Shown: positions 61,742 through 64,000 of the stretch, piece after piece | How the letters are laid out: each line of letters starts with the position of its first letter | How positions within the stretch are numbered: the stretch's first letter is position 1 | Assembly: GCA_037447605.1 (NCBI GenBank) | Contig: CM074804.1 | Coordinates: 7,913,909-7,977,908, forward strand | Source of the DNA: Zygnema circumcarinatum SAG 698-1b | Taxonomy: Eukaryota > Plantae > Zygnematophyceae | Direction of reading: 5' to 3' | DNA length: 64,000 nucleotides | The notes under the pieces: generated by a model | The model's database searches: none | What the model was told of the DNA's origin: nothing | The model's input: the letters and a program-made list of their open reading frames with translations, nothing else | Translations under genes and position numbers: made by a program

Positions 61742-63052
61742 TCAAATAACATAATTCGACCATTCTTTTAAGAACGATGTGTGGTCCATCGTCTTGCTCG
61801 GAGTCTCCTCCAAGTGCTTGGGATTGCTCTTCCCTCCCACCAGCTTAGCGGGATTGCCTACCACGGTCGTGTGAGGGGGAACATCTCCCAACACAACCGA
61901 ACCTGCTCCAATCTTCGCGCCTTCACCAATGACAATATTTCCCAGCAGCGTTGCCCCTGCACCGATTAAGACCCCGTCCTCAACCTTGGGATGCCTGTTG
62001 CCTGCAACGGAACCGGTTCCGCCCAATGTGACATGATGCAGAATCGAAACGTTGTTGCCGATCTCTGCCGTTTCACCCACAACCAGTCCTGTAGCATGGT
62101 CCAGCATCAAGCCGCATCCAAGTTTGGCCGCAGGATGAATGTCGACATGAAACACCTCCGAGACGCGGCTCTGCAATGCGAGAGCCAAAGGTTCCCTGCC
62201 CTGTCCCCATAGTCGGTGAGCTATCCTGTGAGCCTGGCAGGCAAGGTATCCCTTATAGTTGAGTAGGCACTGTGAAAATGTTTCGCATGCAGGGTCTCTC
62301 TCCTTCACTGCCATTAAATCTGCCCTAAAGGCTTCCCGCACGTCCTTATCGTCCATGAAAGTGTCTGCAATCAGTGAAAATAGCTGTGAACTCAGCATTG
62401 TATCGCTGCTAAGCTTGTTCGCGAGGTGGAATGCAAGGCATCGTTCCAATGATCGGTGCGACAAGACGGTGGAGTAGAGGTAGCTAGCAAGAGCAGGCTC
62501 CGCCTCGGCGTCTCTCCTCGCCTCCGCTCGAATTGCAAGCCACAAATCATCAACTTGTATGCGGCCACTTGTCGAGCATCCCGCATGATCCGCTGCTCTG
62601 CTTTCTACAGCTATTGCCTCATTACTGCTCTCTGTACCAGAGATATTTAAACCAGAATCAGAATCCTTGCCATTGACATTCCCTCCTGCGCTCGTTGCTC
62701 CGCCTGCAAAGTCTCCTCTCCCTGCTGCCGCAGCACTGCTATGCTCTCCAGCATTCCATGGCTGGCTGCTTCCCTCCGTTAACTTGTTAGCTTCAATCAG
62801 AACGGCACTCACCAACGCCTGCTGCTTCCCAGAAGCAGAAACCTTCTCTGAACCGCCTGCACAAAAACTCCCCCTCTCCCTCTTCCTCTGCGCGTCCTCT
62901 GCAAGGCGCAGGCCCGTCCATCCACGGAGTCGAGAGTCGCTGCAAGGTACGTGAGCAGGAGAAAGGGAGGAGAGTGATTCTCGAGGAGCAAGGACAGGGA
63001 GCCCCGCGACAAGAGCCAGCTTGCTGGAAGCAGAAAAAGCCGCCATGACCAT
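61742..63052 (-). CDS. SERAT: Serine O-acetyltransferase with an organellar transit peptide, intronless
   Basis: First ATG at 63052. Motifs EPALASYLYSTVL, DPAC, YKGYLACQAHR, DIHPAA, DHATG, GVTLGGTG-type, RHPK and hexapeptide repeats, ending MDHTSFLKEWSNYVI. Confidence 0.96.
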   Translation of the reverse strand: MVMAAFSASSKLALVAGLPVLAPRESLSSLSPAHVPCSDSRLRGWTGLRLAEDAQRKRERGSFCAGGSEKVSASGKQQALVSAVLIEANKLTEGSSQPWNAGEHSSAAAAGRGDFAGGATSAGGNVNGKDSDSGLNISGTESSNEAIAVESRAADHAGCSTSGRIQVDDLWLAIRAEARRDAEAEPALASYLYSTVLSHRSLERCLAFHLANKLSSDTMLSSQLFSLIADTFMDDKDVREAFRADLMAVKERDPACETFSQCLLNYKGYLACQAHRIAHRLWGQGREPLALALQSRVSEVFHVDIHPAAKLGCGLMLDHATGLVVGETAEIGNNVSILHHVTLGGTGSVAGNRHPKVEDGVLIGAGATLLGNIVIGEGAKIGAGSVVLGDVPPHTTVVGNPAKLVGGKSNPKHLEETPSKTMDHTSFLKEWSNYVI

Positions 63053-64000
63053 AAGAGGAGCCGAAGGAACAAGTGCAGAGAGAGAGGGAGAGACCGACAC
63101 AGCAAAATAAACCCCTTCCCCTTCCTCCTCCCTTACTCTCTCCCTCCTCCCTCCTCCCTCCTCCCTCCGTCCCTCTCCCCCTCCCTTTCCCTCTTCCTCT
63201 CCTCTCCCTCTCCCTCCTTCCCTCTCCTCTCCTCTCCCTCCTTCCCTCTCCTCCCCTCTCCCGCTCCCTCTCCCACTCCTTCCCTCTCCTTTCCCTCTCC
63301 CACTCCCTCTCCCTCACTCCCACATTCTCCCAGCGTCTTATGATAACCTCCCCATCAGCGCCGGGCGGCGCCCTCCCCACCGTCCGATCGACCCCCATCA
63401 CATCGGACGCCCCTCCGTCATCCACTTCGCCCTTTTCCACCCAACTTCCCCCTCCACCACGTGCCCTCTCCGCAGGTGCGAAAACCGCCCCTCATTAGCT
63501 GCTCGTCCTTTCAAACGTGTCACGAACGCAGTTGAGTGGTGCCACGTGACCTTCGGAGGCACCTCCAGGGAGCCTAAAGAGGAGCTTCGCGCGGGCGGGC
63601 GAGAAATTTCTGTGGCCCTTCGCAGGCGCCGAAATGGAAGGAAATTGTGATGACGTCATCTAAGCAGAGGGAAAATAGTTTTTATCTGCCCGAGATCCAA
63701 GTACCCTCTTTAAGTGGGCTGTAGTGGCTGCCCGGAAAAAGCGATTTTTTTTATGTGGAGCTCATGAAAGTTTGGCAGTTTGGGATCCAAGGCAGGAAAT
63801 TTCATTGACGAGTGCCGGAGACTGACGTCATTTATTCTTTTTTATCACCTGCGGCCGAAGAATTTTTAAAATGTTTGGGAACTATGCCACATGGAGACAG
63901 TTGAGGTTAACGTTTTAACCGTTGGCCGATTCCATCCACATGCTGGCAGATTCCAGTTTGTTGTAAAACTGCAATTCCACGCGAGTTCCAGTAGAGTTCG

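Noticed and set aside
63053-63100. GTG start for SAT given by the ORF track
   Set aside because: This is a eukaryotic gene, so the first in-frame ATG (63052) was used.

Overview
This is eukaryotic, intron-containing, gene-dense nuclear DNA from the green lineage. It looks most like a streptophyte alga or early-diverging plant, which is an inference from plant-type orthologues, short GT-AG introns, and (GA/CT)n tracts plus G-boxes at gene 5' ends. There are no rRNA, tRNA or CRISPR features. Reconstructed genes in order: 3' part of a divergent RME-8/DNAJC13/GRV2-like gene (+), DUF3128 protein (-), SLC25 mitochondrial carrier (+), phytocystatin (-), INCENP (-), plastid-type octanoyltransferase LipB (-), two convergent intronless orphan ORFs, two tandem ferritin-fold genes (+), plastid PDH E1-alpha (+), ATG101 (+), NASP histone chaperone (+), MetE (+) and serine acetyltransferase (-). 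The most striking result is the tandem ferritin-like pair, which the ORF track does not show because the exons are short. Both genes keep the plant ferritin exon structure and cage-forming motifs. Both lack the ferroxidase-centre ligands, the acidic 3-fold channel residues and a plastid transit peptide. Both gained a 9th exon, and in one paralogue it encodes an NLS-like PPSKKARV. A 1.24-kb foldback inverted repeat sits between them. Other unexplained structure includes an array of palindromes, a pre-miRNA-like hairpin, a TA-flanked Tc1/mariner MITE, an AYRLPPxPL motif shared by the two orphan ORFs, and an in-frame purine-repeat expansion inside MetE. All exon boundaries were read by hand and no database searches were run.
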